Source: a virus. Taken from it: DNA of 64,000 bases. This document shows, piece by piece, positions 54,221-62,914 of this stretch. Every line of letters starts with the position of its first letter. The stretch's first letter is position 1. Location of the stretch: positions 32,001 to 96,000 of the IMG/VR virus record IMGVR_UViG_3300037502_002220. One strand, 5' to 3'. The notes beneath the pieces were generated by a model. That model worked only from the letters and a program-made list of their open reading frames with translations. It ran no database searches and was not told the origin of the DNA. The translations under genes and the position numbers were made by a program.

Positions 54221-55021
54221 CTATTTGACACCAGTCAGCAGCGTAATCTCTGCTTCTTCAAGCTTTGCCGCATTCACAGAGTTGGTTAATACACTTGGCA
54301 CAGTGTACGGATCCTCCATGAGTGAGGTAAGTACCTCAAGTGAAGCATCATTGCTAGCCATCTGCACGATCTGAGAAGGTAAGAGAATGTGAGGTTTTTC
54401 ATTATTCTTTACCTTTTCTACATACTGCTGGATGCTTTGGTTCTCGAGGCCATGAAGCTCAGATACAAGCCTGATTTCTGTGTGCCTGTAATAAGGTGCA
54501 CTATGGCCTTCAGGCGTAAGTACCTTTACAGGTTGTTTAGAAACCGGATTCAGAACAGGAGCCATGTTCACGCGATAAGGATTTGGAGTAAACGACTCGA
54601 TGACTACAATCGTAGTAGCGTCGTTTTCTACACCAAAGAACTCATCTGCAGACATAGCCTTGTTTTCAATGGTGTAGTCACCTTCGATATTACTATCGAC
54701 GGCGGCACCATTAAGCCCTTGTGATACGAAAAACAAATTCTTACCATCCCAGTTAGGGAATCTTTCACGAATTACCTTCTCGCTTAAGGTAATAATCGCG
54801 GTGTTGGTAACCCAGGCATTGATACCTAGAGCTACACGCAACAGCGAATTTTGAGATGGTGCAGATGCTTTTGCGGGTGATTGCTGTACTATCGTAGCAC
54901 GATAGCCAGCTTTACCTCCGCGACTACGGTTGTCTTGGTAAAAGATAGCCCTGATGTAGGGCTTAGTAGCTTTCCCAGTTTCAAGTAATTGATCGAGCTG
55001 AGTTTTTGCGGTTTGTGACAT
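54221..55021 (-). CDS. Hypothetical protein
   Basis: 266 aa, TAAC/A-rich leader, own terminator. Confidence 0.7.
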   Translation of the reverse strand: MSQTAKTQLDQLLETGKATKPYIRAIFYQDNRSRGGKAGYRATIVQQSPAKASAPSQNSLLRVALGINAWVTNTAIITLSEKVIRERFPNWDGKNLFFVSQGLNGAAVDSNIEGDYTIENKAMSADEFFGVENDATTIVVIESFTPNPYRVNMAPVLNPVSKQPVKVLTPEGHSAPYYRHTEIRLVSELHGLENQSIQQYVEKVKNNEKPHILLPSQIVQMASNDASLEVLTSLMEDPYTVPSVLTNSVNAAKLEEAEITLLTGVK

Positions 55022-55053
55022 GATACAAGTGTTAAAAATGATTAAATAAAAAC

Positions 55054-55350
55054 TTACTTCAGTTTGATCTTAATTGTGATTGTCTTTTCTTCTTCGTTGT
55101 AGGAATACGTCATCACCTCAACAGGTTCAAACTTGAGCTGTTGCTGCATATCAGCTAGTGATGCTACAGCTTCTTGCATTTTTTTACGCATATCCCAAAG
55201 CTTAGAGTTGATGCTTAGATAAGATCTATCTAAAACTCTGGTAAGATTTGCGATTTCTTGCGTTTCTTGTTCTTGGTTGAGATTGCGGTGTAGTAGTTCT
55301 TCGAGAATCTTTTTCTCCGATGGAGACCACTTCTTTACTTGTCTTGGCAT
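55054..55350 (-). CDS. Myb/SANT-like helix-turn-helix hypothetical protein
   Basis: KWSPSEKKIL...LDRSYLSINSKLW. Confidence 0.5.
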   Translation of the reverse strand: MPRQVKKWSPSEKKILEELLHRNLNQEQETQEIANLTRVLDRSYLSINSKLWDMRKKMQEAVASLADMQQQLKFEPVEVMTYSYNEEEKTITIKIKLK

Positions 55351-55497
55351 TGTACATGAATTTATGTGTGAGTAATAAAAATGACACAGGCATCACTTCT
55401 TTAATCGTATCACGTTGTGCGTGTACAGTTAGAGAGATAAGCATCAGTGCGAATAGAATAATGTTTTTCATGATTACGCTTTTATATTAAATAATAG

Positions 55498-55564
55498 TGG
55501 TCAAAACAGGAATCGAACCTGTATCTAGATGTTATCTAGGTTTTAGCCATTAAACTATTTGACC
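55498..55564 (-). tRNA. tRNA-like RNA with reduced anticodon arm (no assignable anticodon)
   Basis: GGTCAAA/TTTGACC acceptor stem, GTTT/AAAC D stem with GG loop, ACAGG-TTCGATT-CCTGT T arm; anticodon loop only TAACA. Confidence 0.7.
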
Positions 55565-55628
55565 ATAAAGGGACACCTGCTTAGGAAACAATACCCTCCA
55601 TAAAATATTGTAAGCGGTGTCCCTAATC

Positions 55629-55847
55629 TTAAAACCAACCCTCACGTAGTTTACTTCTAGGTGTAAGCATTGGTTGTGTATATACACCTTCATTACCTTG
55701 TTTACGTAAGTATTTGACGTAAATGCGTTCTGTGTTGAACTCATCTACAACAATCTTAGTAACGATTCCTTTTTCCCACAGTTCTTTACTACATCCTTCG
55801 TAAGGAATGTAGTGAACTGCGTCGTCTACTTGGTAGTTTACTTTCAT
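55629..55847 (-). CDS. Small SH3/Tudor-like hypothetical protein
   Basis: 72 aa; YQVDDAVHY...KGIVTKI. Confidence 0.55.
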   Translation of the reverse strand: MKVNYQVDDAVHYIPYEGCSKELWEKGIVTKIVVDEFNTERIYVKYLRKQGNEGVYTQPMLTPRSKLREGWF

Positions 55848-56059
55848 AGCTTATTTTTTAAGTTGTTATACGCCTGCATACATTGATCTAAGCTATCAAA
55901 CAACTCAGGTTTACCGTCTGAGTTTTGACTAAGTATGTTCCAGTACTTAATTTGTACACCTAGTTGTTTATTACTGTCTTTATCGTAGACAGCACTCACA
56001 ACCTGGTGTATACCTTTTTGTACAGTTTTACCGTACAAAGGTTTTGTATATGTTCCCAT
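55844..56059 (-). CDS. Hypothetical protein (start MGTYTK)
   Basis: A-rich leader; coupled to the next gene. Confidence 0.55.
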   Translation of the reverse strand: MGTYTKPLYGKTVQKGIHQVVSAVYDKDSNKQLGVQIKYWNILSQNSDGKPELFDSLDQCMQAYNNLKNKL

Positions 56060-56140
56060 GATTATTTTTTTGTAATAAAAAAGCAACTCCCAACATTTCT
56101 GTTAAGGAGTTGCCTATAATAATCTCAAAAACCCTATTCT

Positions 56141-56326
56141 TTATAGTAGTCCTGTTTTTTCACTAATAATAAATAATAGTGCTAAACAAACTACTGTTTT
56201 CGTAATCGTTACTACCTCAAATATTATCACACGTGTGTAAGATAACTCTTGTGGATAACATTGTATACATGAAAATGTTACCCACAAGAATATCCAAATA
56301 GCTGTTGCAATTATCTTCCTTTTCAT
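56141..56326 (-). CDS. Small two-TM membrane protein
   Basis: Two hydrophobic segments. Confidence 0.55.
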   Translation of the reverse strand: MKRKIIATAIWIFLWVTFSCIQCYPQELSYTRVIIFEVVTITKTVVCLALLFIISEKTGLL

Positions 56327-56439
56327 TACTTGTACATGAGATAATTGCTAACTGCAACTACAAAAAAGATGATGGATACCACTAACGTAGTAGCTAGTAC
56401 CCAAAACAAAATCTTGTTACCGTCGTTGTTCTGTTTCAT
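56326..56439 (-). CDS. Small single-TM protein (37 aa)
   Basis: MKQNNDGNKILFWVLATTLVVSIIFFVVAVSNYLMYK; TAATG-coupled on both sides. Confidence 0.55.
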   Translation of the reverse strand: MKQNNDGNKILFWVLATTLVVSIIFFVVAVSNYLMYK

Positions 56440-56756
56440 TAGCTTACGATTTTACCGTAAACAATACTGTCATCTTCTTCGCGAATAGCAAGGGTTTTGA
56501 TTTCCCACTGCATTGTTGATGTGTACTCGTTGGATAATTCCCCTGTACTAGGATTGTAGTACTTGTAAGCGTTGTCAAGTACGCGTACAACCTGCATTGC
56601 AGTATTATACTTAGTGCTGGTAATCGTGTTACCTACCGCAACCTCGTCACTGGTGTTGAATGCGTACTTTTTCAAGTTGCGACATTCTTCACTCGTGAGA
56701 AAATTGTTTGTAAATACTACGATAATCGTCTTAGGCTTGCGCAAATCAATACTCAT
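56439..56756 (-). CDS. Hypothetical protein, paralogue of 57080-57376
   Basis: Shares VL..YKY.N..TGEL....Q..IKT. Confidence 0.7.
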   Translation of the reverse strand: MSIDLRKPKTIIVVFTNNFLTSEECRNLKKYAFNTSDEVAVGNTITSTKYNTAMQVVRVLDNAYKYYNPSTGELSNEYTSTMQWEIKTLAIREEDDSIVYGKIVS

Positions 56757-56773
56757 AGTTCAAAGTTTTATAA

Positions 56774-57076
56774 TTATATAAACATTACATGTTTGTTGCA
56801 AAACTGAACAAGTTTTTCTCTTGCGGTTTCTTTGTTGATAGCAACAGCAAAACCTTTTATTACGATAGTTACTCCTTCATGGCGCTCACGGTGAAACAAG
56901 TAGATATCTTGCATAGATTTCTCTATGCGAGTTGCGTACTCTCTTTTTTCTGATTTCTGTAGTTGCGTGCTATCTAACACTTTCTGTTTTACGCGATCCC
57001 AACTCTGAAGTTCAGGATACACGTTCCAGGCAATCTCATTCTTTTTTATAATTGCCATAAACTCGTAAATTTCCAT
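56774..57076 (-). CDS. Hypothetical protein
   Basis: 100 aa. Confidence 0.6.
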   Translation of the reverse strand: MEIYEFMAIIKKNEIAWNVYPELQSWDRVKQKVLDSTQLQKSEKREYATRIEKSMQDIYLFHRERHEGVTIVIKGFAVAINKETAREKLVQFCNKHVMFI

Positions 57077-57079
57077 AAT

Positions 57080-57376
57080 TTAAAGTTTTTTAAATTCTGA
57101 AATGCTTTTCGCTAATATCTTTATGGTGCAAGTTTTGATTATTACTTGTCGTACAGTATTGGAGTTATTATGTAACTCTCCTGTCATTCTGTTCCAGTAT
57201 TTATAGTGCTTATTAAGCACTTTATTTATTACATATGGGCTTTGTTTGTGATCCTCGTACGTAATAGTTATTACATTTCCTTCTTCGACTTGTGTGTCAT
57301 CTTCAACGTTGATACACGAGTCGCCGTTTAGGTAGTCTCCTCCTTCTTCTACATAACTTACAACTAACGTTTTCAT
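57080..57376 (-). CDS. Hypothetical protein, paralogue of 56439-56756
   Basis: KVLNKHYKYWNRMTGELHN...QVIIKT. Confidence 0.7.
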   Translation of the reverse strand: MKTLVVSYVEEGGDYLNGDSCINVEDDTQVEEGNVITITYEDHKQSPYVINKVLNKHYKYWNRMTGELHNNSNTVRQVIIKTCTIKILAKSISEFKKL

Positions 57377-57713
57377 AATCTTATAATTTTTAGTGAAAAA
57401 ATAAACCATTAGGTTACCAGAGCAGGTTCTGGGTCAATGGTTACACTTATTAAACCATGTTCGGTTCAAGTGTGGATGCTCTCTCTTTAATAGTACAACA
57501 ACGTTTTATACATCCATCGCTGTGTGATTTTGTTTGAGGCTACCTTATCTAGCTTGATAAGATATTCACTACTTACTTGCTATTACAAGGCGTACCATGT
57601 ACTCAAGTTTATTTCGTTAACCTCAAATTGTAAGTACCTCTTAGTTTTTAATTTAGTCATCGCAGAAATAAGAGGAATAGAATAACCTACGTTACCCTAA
57701 AAACTGCGCTTTT

Positions 57714-58031
57714 TTAACGTTGTATTTGTTCTAAATAAGCAAGTTGTTTACGTAGTTCAGATAATTTACGATTCCATTCCTGATGGATCTTGTGAATACC
57801 TGGAACATTTTCAAAAGCGTTTGCAGAAATACGATTAGCCTTTTTCAAGGCTTCGATTTCTGCAATTTCTTTTTTGATTTCTGTAATCCTACCGTTTATG
57901 TCAACAGGTAGGTTTCTGTCAGCTTCTAAACATTGCTGACAAACGATTTTGAGTTCTTCGTCGCACGTGCACGTGTAACCAGGATTAATCTGGTTTAACA
58001 TGTGCATGTCTTGTGCTTCTTCGTAAGTCAT
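57714..58031 (-). CDS. Small Zn-binding plus coiled-coil protein
   Basis: CTC...CQQC. Confidence 0.6.
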   Translation of the reverse strand: MTYEEAQDMHMLNQINPGYTCTCDEELKIVCQQCLEADRNLPVDINGRITEIKKEIAEIEALKKANRISANAFENVPGIHKIHQEWNRKLSELRKQLAYLEQIQR

Positions 58032-58137
58032 GTATAAGGTTTTTAAGTTTATAAAAAAGTAACTCCCAACAGCCTGCTAAATACCTCCAACACTGAAGTT
58101 GTGTTGCCCTATCCCTTTCGAGGAAGAGGTTTTGGAG

Positions 58138-58839
58138 TTACTTTGTAAGTGCTAAACGAAATCCACTGCCACCTGAAGAAAGGGCAACAAAGCGAGACGC
58201 AATGCGGCAGTTTATGATATTGGCAGTATAAGCACCACCACGTTCTGCCCGAAGAGGAGTTCCATCATATTCGTAATAACCTACTATGTCTTCGCACCAT
58301 TCCCTTATATTCCCGCTCATATCGTACAGCCCCAACTCATTAGGCTTCTTCTGCCCCACTGGATGCACTGTATTTCCAGAATTACCTTCATACCACGCAA
58401 CTTCATGTAAGTTATTACTGCCTGCGTACCTGTATCCTTTGGTTTTTAAACCGCCACGGGCTGCAAACTCCCACTCTGCTTCCGTTGGCAAGCGATATTT
58501 CAGACCTGTTTTTCTGTTTATTTTAGCCAGAAACTTTTCAATCTTATAATAGTTTGCATATTGTACTGGACAATTATCGCAGGTTCTCAAATACTTTGCT
58601 TTGATTTTCATCACCTCGCGCCACTGTTTCTGCGTAACCGGATACTTACTAATATAAAAATCCGATACCGTTACTTGGTGTACAGGCTTTGTGTCCCTAT
58701 CCCAACACATAAAATTTCTGTAATCACGTTCTCCTGGAAAAATGTTGATTCTTTGTTCTGGGGTGCAACCCATCATTAATGTGCCTCCTTTCACAAGAAT
58801 CATGTTATTAAACATTTCTTCTAAGATTTCTTCTAGCAT
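58138..58839 (-). CDS. FGE-sulfatase/SUMF1-family (C-type lectin fold) protein
   Basis: RLPTEAEWEFAARGG, PNELGLYDMSGNIREWC, RGGAY, GFRL. Confidence 0.92.
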   Translation of the reverse strand: MLEEILEEMFNNMILVKGGTLMMGCTPEQRINIFPGERDYRNFMCWDRDTKPVHQVTVSDFYISKYPVTQKQWREVMKIKAKYLRTCDNCPVQYANYYKIEKFLAKINRKTGLKYRLPTEAEWEFAARGGLKTKGYRYAGSNNLHEVAWYEGNSGNTVHPVGQKKPNELGLYDMSGNIREWCEDIVGYYEYDGTPLRAERGGAYTANIINCRIASRFVALSSGGSGFRLALTK

Positions 58840-58873
58840 AATATCGTTTTTTGTTTTTTAAGGTTACAAAATA

Positions 58874-59004
58874 ATTGCACTTAGCCTAACACTATAAGAA
58901 TTTGGAACTTCGTCGATATTACTATCTCCATCCACTGTTCTTATATATTACTTGTGTTCGAGCGGTAATGAACACAACTTTCCTGTGTTAGAACTAAGTG
59001 CAAT
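58874..59004 (-). ncRNA. Candidate structured intergenic RNA (multibranch)
   Basis: Closing stem attgcacttag-c-ctaacac/gtgttag-aa-ctaagtgcaat with two internal stems. Confidence 0.5.
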
Positions 59005-59006
59005 GT

Positions 59007-59402
59007 TTATTTTATTGTTGTACGTAATTTTTTTGAATCATTTGACAACATTTGATGTCGCCATTTTTCATAAATCATGAAAGGTTCTTCGCGGTCTATG
59101 TAGATTCCAAAATAGTTTTGGATACAATCTCTTACCACGCTGGCAGGGATAGAGATGTACTCATTTCCTTCTTGCGGCATTACACGATACCCTTCGCTTT
59201 GATTTGCAGGGCATGATGTGTAAATGGTGTATCTTACATATTCTGGATATTTACAATCCAGATAATACGCTAAACCGTGAAAACCTGCTTTTCTTGCACG
59301 TCTTGACATCGCACTCCATTTAGAAGGTACGTCAAAAATAAGTTTGAAATACATGTGGTCTTTTATTACATGCTTAATACATGATACAGGTAGTATTTTC
59401 AT
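59007..59402 (-). CDS. Hypothetical protein
   Basis: 131 aa. Confidence 0.6.
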   Translation of the reverse strand: MKILPVSCIKHVIKDHMYFKLIFDVPSKWSAMSRRARKAGFHGLAYYLDCKYPEYVRYTIYTSCPANQSEGYRVMPQEGNEYISIPASVVRDCIQNYFGIYIDREEPFMIYEKWRHQMLSNDSKKLRTTIK

Positions 59403-59465
59403 TTTTTTTCTTTTTGAAATAATAAAATATGCAGTGTTTTGCTGGATGCTGCACCCCAGATTTCG

Positions 59466-60044
59466 TTAATATTTCAGTCTTTTTGTTGGAACCCACATCC
59501 AACCTTCAGTGGCCGAATACCAGTGTGAAACACCGGTTATCCCTTCCACAAAGTAAGCTTTGCCTACTTTGTATACGTTGTGGCCCAGGTATTTGACAAG
59601 CTTGTTGTCTTCATCGAAGACCCCATGTGTCCAAGAGTCTCCGTACTCGTCAGAATCTCTTCTGTTAGCTAAGTACATCATGTACTCAGCTTTGAAGAAA
59701 AATCCTCTTGCAAATTTCTCTTCCTTGTAATAAGCACGCGCAAACCTGCGCATACCATTAAAAGAAGCGCCTCTTCTTATGGCTGCAAGACAAATACTGT
59801 CTAACGTGGTGTACAAGCCGTGATTAGCCCACAATTGCGTCAGGTTTTGTGTTCCTGACAACGAAATAGGGTTTTTAAACCCTGTGGACCCTTTTTCTTC
59901 CGTAGTTCCTGCTAATATCTCGGCAAATAGTTGCCGTAGGATAATAGCGTCCTTTTCAAGTATTTCAGCGTCTTTCAACGACTGAAAAAAGTTAACGAAT
60001 TGATAATCCTTGTGAAAGGATTTTGCTAAAATTGAAGCTTCCAT
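59466..60044 (-). CDS. Hypothetical protein
   Basis: 192 aa. Confidence 0.65.
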   Translation of the reverse strand: MEASILAKSFHKDYQFVNFFQSLKDAEILEKDAIILRQLFAEILAGTTEEKGSTGFKNPISLSGTQNLTQLWANHGLYTTLDSICLAAIRRGASFNGMRRFARAYYKEEKFARGFFFKAEYMMYLANRRDSDEYGDSWTHGVFDEDNKLVKYLGHNVYKVGKAYFVEGITGVSHWYSATEGWMWVPTKRLKY

Positions 60045-60298
60045 AATTTACGCGAGTTTTACTACTTCACGTTGGTAGGGTTTTTATTGAGATTAAACAA
60101 TACACAAGTTTTATATAAGCACTAATACTGTATCAAGTACAGATATAAGCCACGCAAAAACTTGCAAAAACTTTCAAGGATTCTCACCTTGACTGCATAC
60201 TTTATCTGGGAACTACGAGATGCTAAGTATATAGCGATCAGTAGGAGTGTGCATGAAACATATCTACCAGTTTTCTCTAGATATGTTATGATTATAGT

Positions 60299-60568
60299 TT
60301 ATAATTTGTGAAAAATAGGAATTTCCGTTATCACATCTAAAACTACATAGGATCCGCAGATCCCTTTCACAATAGCATGAAAGTTTTTGTCTTCGTCCGA
60401 AAACATGACCACTTTATTTACAAGCGGTCCCAACTTTTCGTCGAGAATTTCACACTTTTTTTCGTGTTCTAGCTCTTCTTCAGAAGGGCTAAATCCTGGT
60501 GCCCAGTATGGTGAGTCCCAGAAACCATTTAGTCTTATTTCTTCGTAAGTGAAAATTGGAACTGACAT
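60299..60568 (-). CDS. Hypothetical protein
   Basis: 89 aa. Confidence 0.55.
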   Translation of the reverse strand: MSVPIFTYEEIRLNGFWDSPYWAPGFSPSEEELEHEKKCEILDEKLGPLVNKVVMFSDEDKNFHAIVKGICGSYVVLDVITEIPIFHKL

Positions 60569-60678
60569 AACATTACCTCAACGATTTTAGAGGATTTATT
60601 TAAACCAGTACGTTACGCTGGTTTTAAGGTTTTTGAAAGTTGAGATAAGCAGTTTATAGAGGTGCTCAGCTCTCAATA

Positions 60679-61005
60679 TTAGTTCATGTAAGCAGGTTTT
60701 TCACCTGCTTTACAGTTATATGTATATTCAAATGCGCCTAACATCATAAGCGCCTTTTCCCTATTTTCTGCTATTACGTAGCCAGAAATTTGTGTGTTAT
60801 CACCCCAATAATTTCTTGAGTACAAAAACACTCCAGTTTTTTTCACTACAGTTTCACCGTTGTGAATATTTCCTTCGTGAATTTTCTTTTTTGCTTCTTC
60901 CCAAGTATGTTCGCTCCACAAGTTACAACTCATAGGTGAACTGTAGTTCTCTTCGTTCCAGTACATGGAACTTCCTCTAAATTTGAAAACTTTTAAGTCT
61001 TGCAT
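60679..61005 (-). CDS. Hypothetical protein
   Basis: 108 aa. Confidence 0.6.
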   Translation of the reverse strand: MQDLKVFKFRGSSMYWNEENYSSPMSCNLWSEHTWEEAKKKIHEGNIHNGETVVKKTGVFLYSRNYWGDNTQISGYVIAENREKALMMLGAFEYTYNCKAGEKPAYMN

Positions 61006-61085
61006 TATGCTTAAGGTTTTTAAAGATTAATAAAAGGTGACGCAGCTACATTACATAGACTGCGCCATCCGAATCTAAAAATTTA

Positions 61086-61298
61086 TTATGATCCTTCTTT
61101 TTTTTTCCTAGTAATATCTGTAAGAACTATTACGGGTGGTATCCACCCGAATATTACAAGAATCATAATCATCCCGTTGCTCGTTGCGATTTCTCGCAAC
61201 GATAACCCAGGATTAAATATTAATCCTAGCGTAGACAAAAGCAACCACGTTATTAAAAACGTGATTACTATTACAATCATGATTTTTGTGTTTTTCAT
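61086..61298 (-). CDS. Small two-TM membrane protein
   Basis: Two hydrophobic segments, basic C-terminus. Confidence 0.6.
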   Translation of the reverse strand: MKNTKIMIVIVITFLITWLLLSTLGLIFNPGLSLREIATSNGMIMILVIFGWIPPVIVLTDITRKKKEGS

Positions 61299-61332
61299 GA
61301 TTTTGTATATTTTACAAGGTTAAGAGATTTGC

Positions 61333-61493
61333 TTTGCGCTAAGTTGTAATGACAGACCCAATAACTTAGGGTTTCTTGGACTCACTTATTTCAGAGAGTA
61401 TCCTACTGTCTACGTCAGATTTAAGCTATCATTAATCTGATATTACTAAGGATTTCCCTTAGCTCAATTACAACTGTTCACCCTTAGCGCAAA
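61333..61493 (-). ncRNA. Candidate structured intergenic RNA (multibranch)
   Basis: tttgcgctaag/cttagcgcaaa closing stem plus nested stems. Confidence 0.55.
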
Positions 61494-61850
61494 AGAATTT
61501 TATTTGGGCTGTCTTACACCTTTTAATGCTAGTTTAACAACCTCTCTTTTCGAGTACTAGCAGGTGGAATAGTGTTTAAGTAAGTATCAACACTATTCTG
61601 CATACTTCGGTAGTTTTAGGGTATAGGATATTAACTACATTAATCCCACCCTAGTTTTGTGCTTGCAACACAAGCACTTAGAAGTAATAAACATGATGTT
61701 TGTCTTAAAACACTGGATTTGAGCCGCGAAAACTCAAATCACTTTGTAGTTGAAAGAGTTGTGATAAATGGTGTTGAGTGGTTAATACCCTCTACACACA
61801 CTACACAACTCTTTCATTATCAGTTGTTTTGTAAAAAACCAACTAAGGAC

Positions 61851-62141
61851 CTACAAGAGGTCCTTAGCGGTTATCTTTACGCGGGCTTGAGCTTCATCAG
61901 CTCGTAACCACTCAGATGTGTTAGATGCTTTCCTCCAATTGGCGGAGAAGAACATCTTGTCACCAGACTTAGTAGCAGAGATTCCTTCACCCATCTCTTC
62001 AAGATGACGGATGGATACAAGATACAGGTTTTTGTCGTCTTTAAGAACGACTGCACCCTGTTCGGGTGCAACCTTGACAACCTCTAGCTTATTTGGGACG
62101 CTAGTGCCCATTGCTTCGTTTACGAAGTCTATAGCTCTCAT
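61851..62141 (-). CDS. Hypothetical protein (start MRAIDF), first gene after the repeat region
   Basis: A-rich leader; higher GC codon usage. Confidence 0.6.
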   Translation of the reverse strand: MRAIDFVNEAMGTSVPNKLEVVKVAPEQGAVVLKDDKNLYLVSIRHLEEMGEGISATKSGDKMFFSANWRKASNTSEWLRADEAQARVKITAKDLL

Positions 62142-62208
62142 GACTGTAGTATTTTGAGAGTACAGGGGCAATATTACCCACAAGTACAAGGGGGGGTTGG
62201 AATTGGGA

Positions 62209-62440
62209 AGCTCAAACTCTCTCTATTATATATAACTAGTCTTGTATATTAGCCTAAACTCTCTCTATTATATATAAGCTATATTATATAACAACTTATA
62301 TTTAGCTCATACTCCTACCATTATATATTATTCCGTTAATTTCTTAGTTTAAACCTATACCATTATATATTACTACTTTAATTTTTTAGCCTAGACTCTC
62401 ACTATATTATATATGCTTATTAAAACTTAGCTTATACTCT
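62209..62440. repeat. Six degenerate direct repeats of about 41-53 nt period (iteron-like; possible origin, promoter cluster or terminus)
   Basis: Consensus TTAGCyTAnACTCT-n-ATTATATAT at about 62209, 62249, 62302, 62344, 62386, 62427 (last one partial). Confidence 0.7.
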
Positions 62441-62857
62441 AACTACAAGGTTATACGCAATCAGATATAATTCAACCTATATCTTATGAATTATATGTGA
62501 TAGGGTATAATTTTAGGATACAAACTACATAGGGGAGATCTTTACTAAGATCTAAGGGTAGGGGGTATTAAATAAAGTAGAAGTAATACGGGTATATAGG
62601 ATCTATATATAGCGTTCGCGTATAGATAGTACTCACCCAAAGGAGGATAAATAAGAGGAAGAATTAGTAGGAGAACATTAGTACGTGTACTAGTTTATAA
62701 TCTATCACGTAAAACCGTAATTATCTTTTCTTCGTCTTATGCTAATACGAACAATTTTTTTTTGACATAAGTTCGCAGAAGTTCCTATTTTTTAAAAAAA
62801 ATATCAAAATATCTAAACTACGTAACATTTTTTGTTAACGACACATAAATAAAAAAA

Positions 62858-62879
62858 CCTAGGGCTTTTACACCCTAGG
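62858..62879 (-). terminator. Terminator of the methyltransferase operon
   Basis: cctaggg/ccctagg stem with 7-A tract on +. Confidence 0.7.
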
Positions 62880-62914
62880 CTCCAAAACACTCGACCATGA
62901 CAACAAAAATAGAA

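Noticed and set aside
58138-58839. Diversity-generating retroelement
   Set aside because: No reverse transcriptase, Avd or template repeat was visible in the window.
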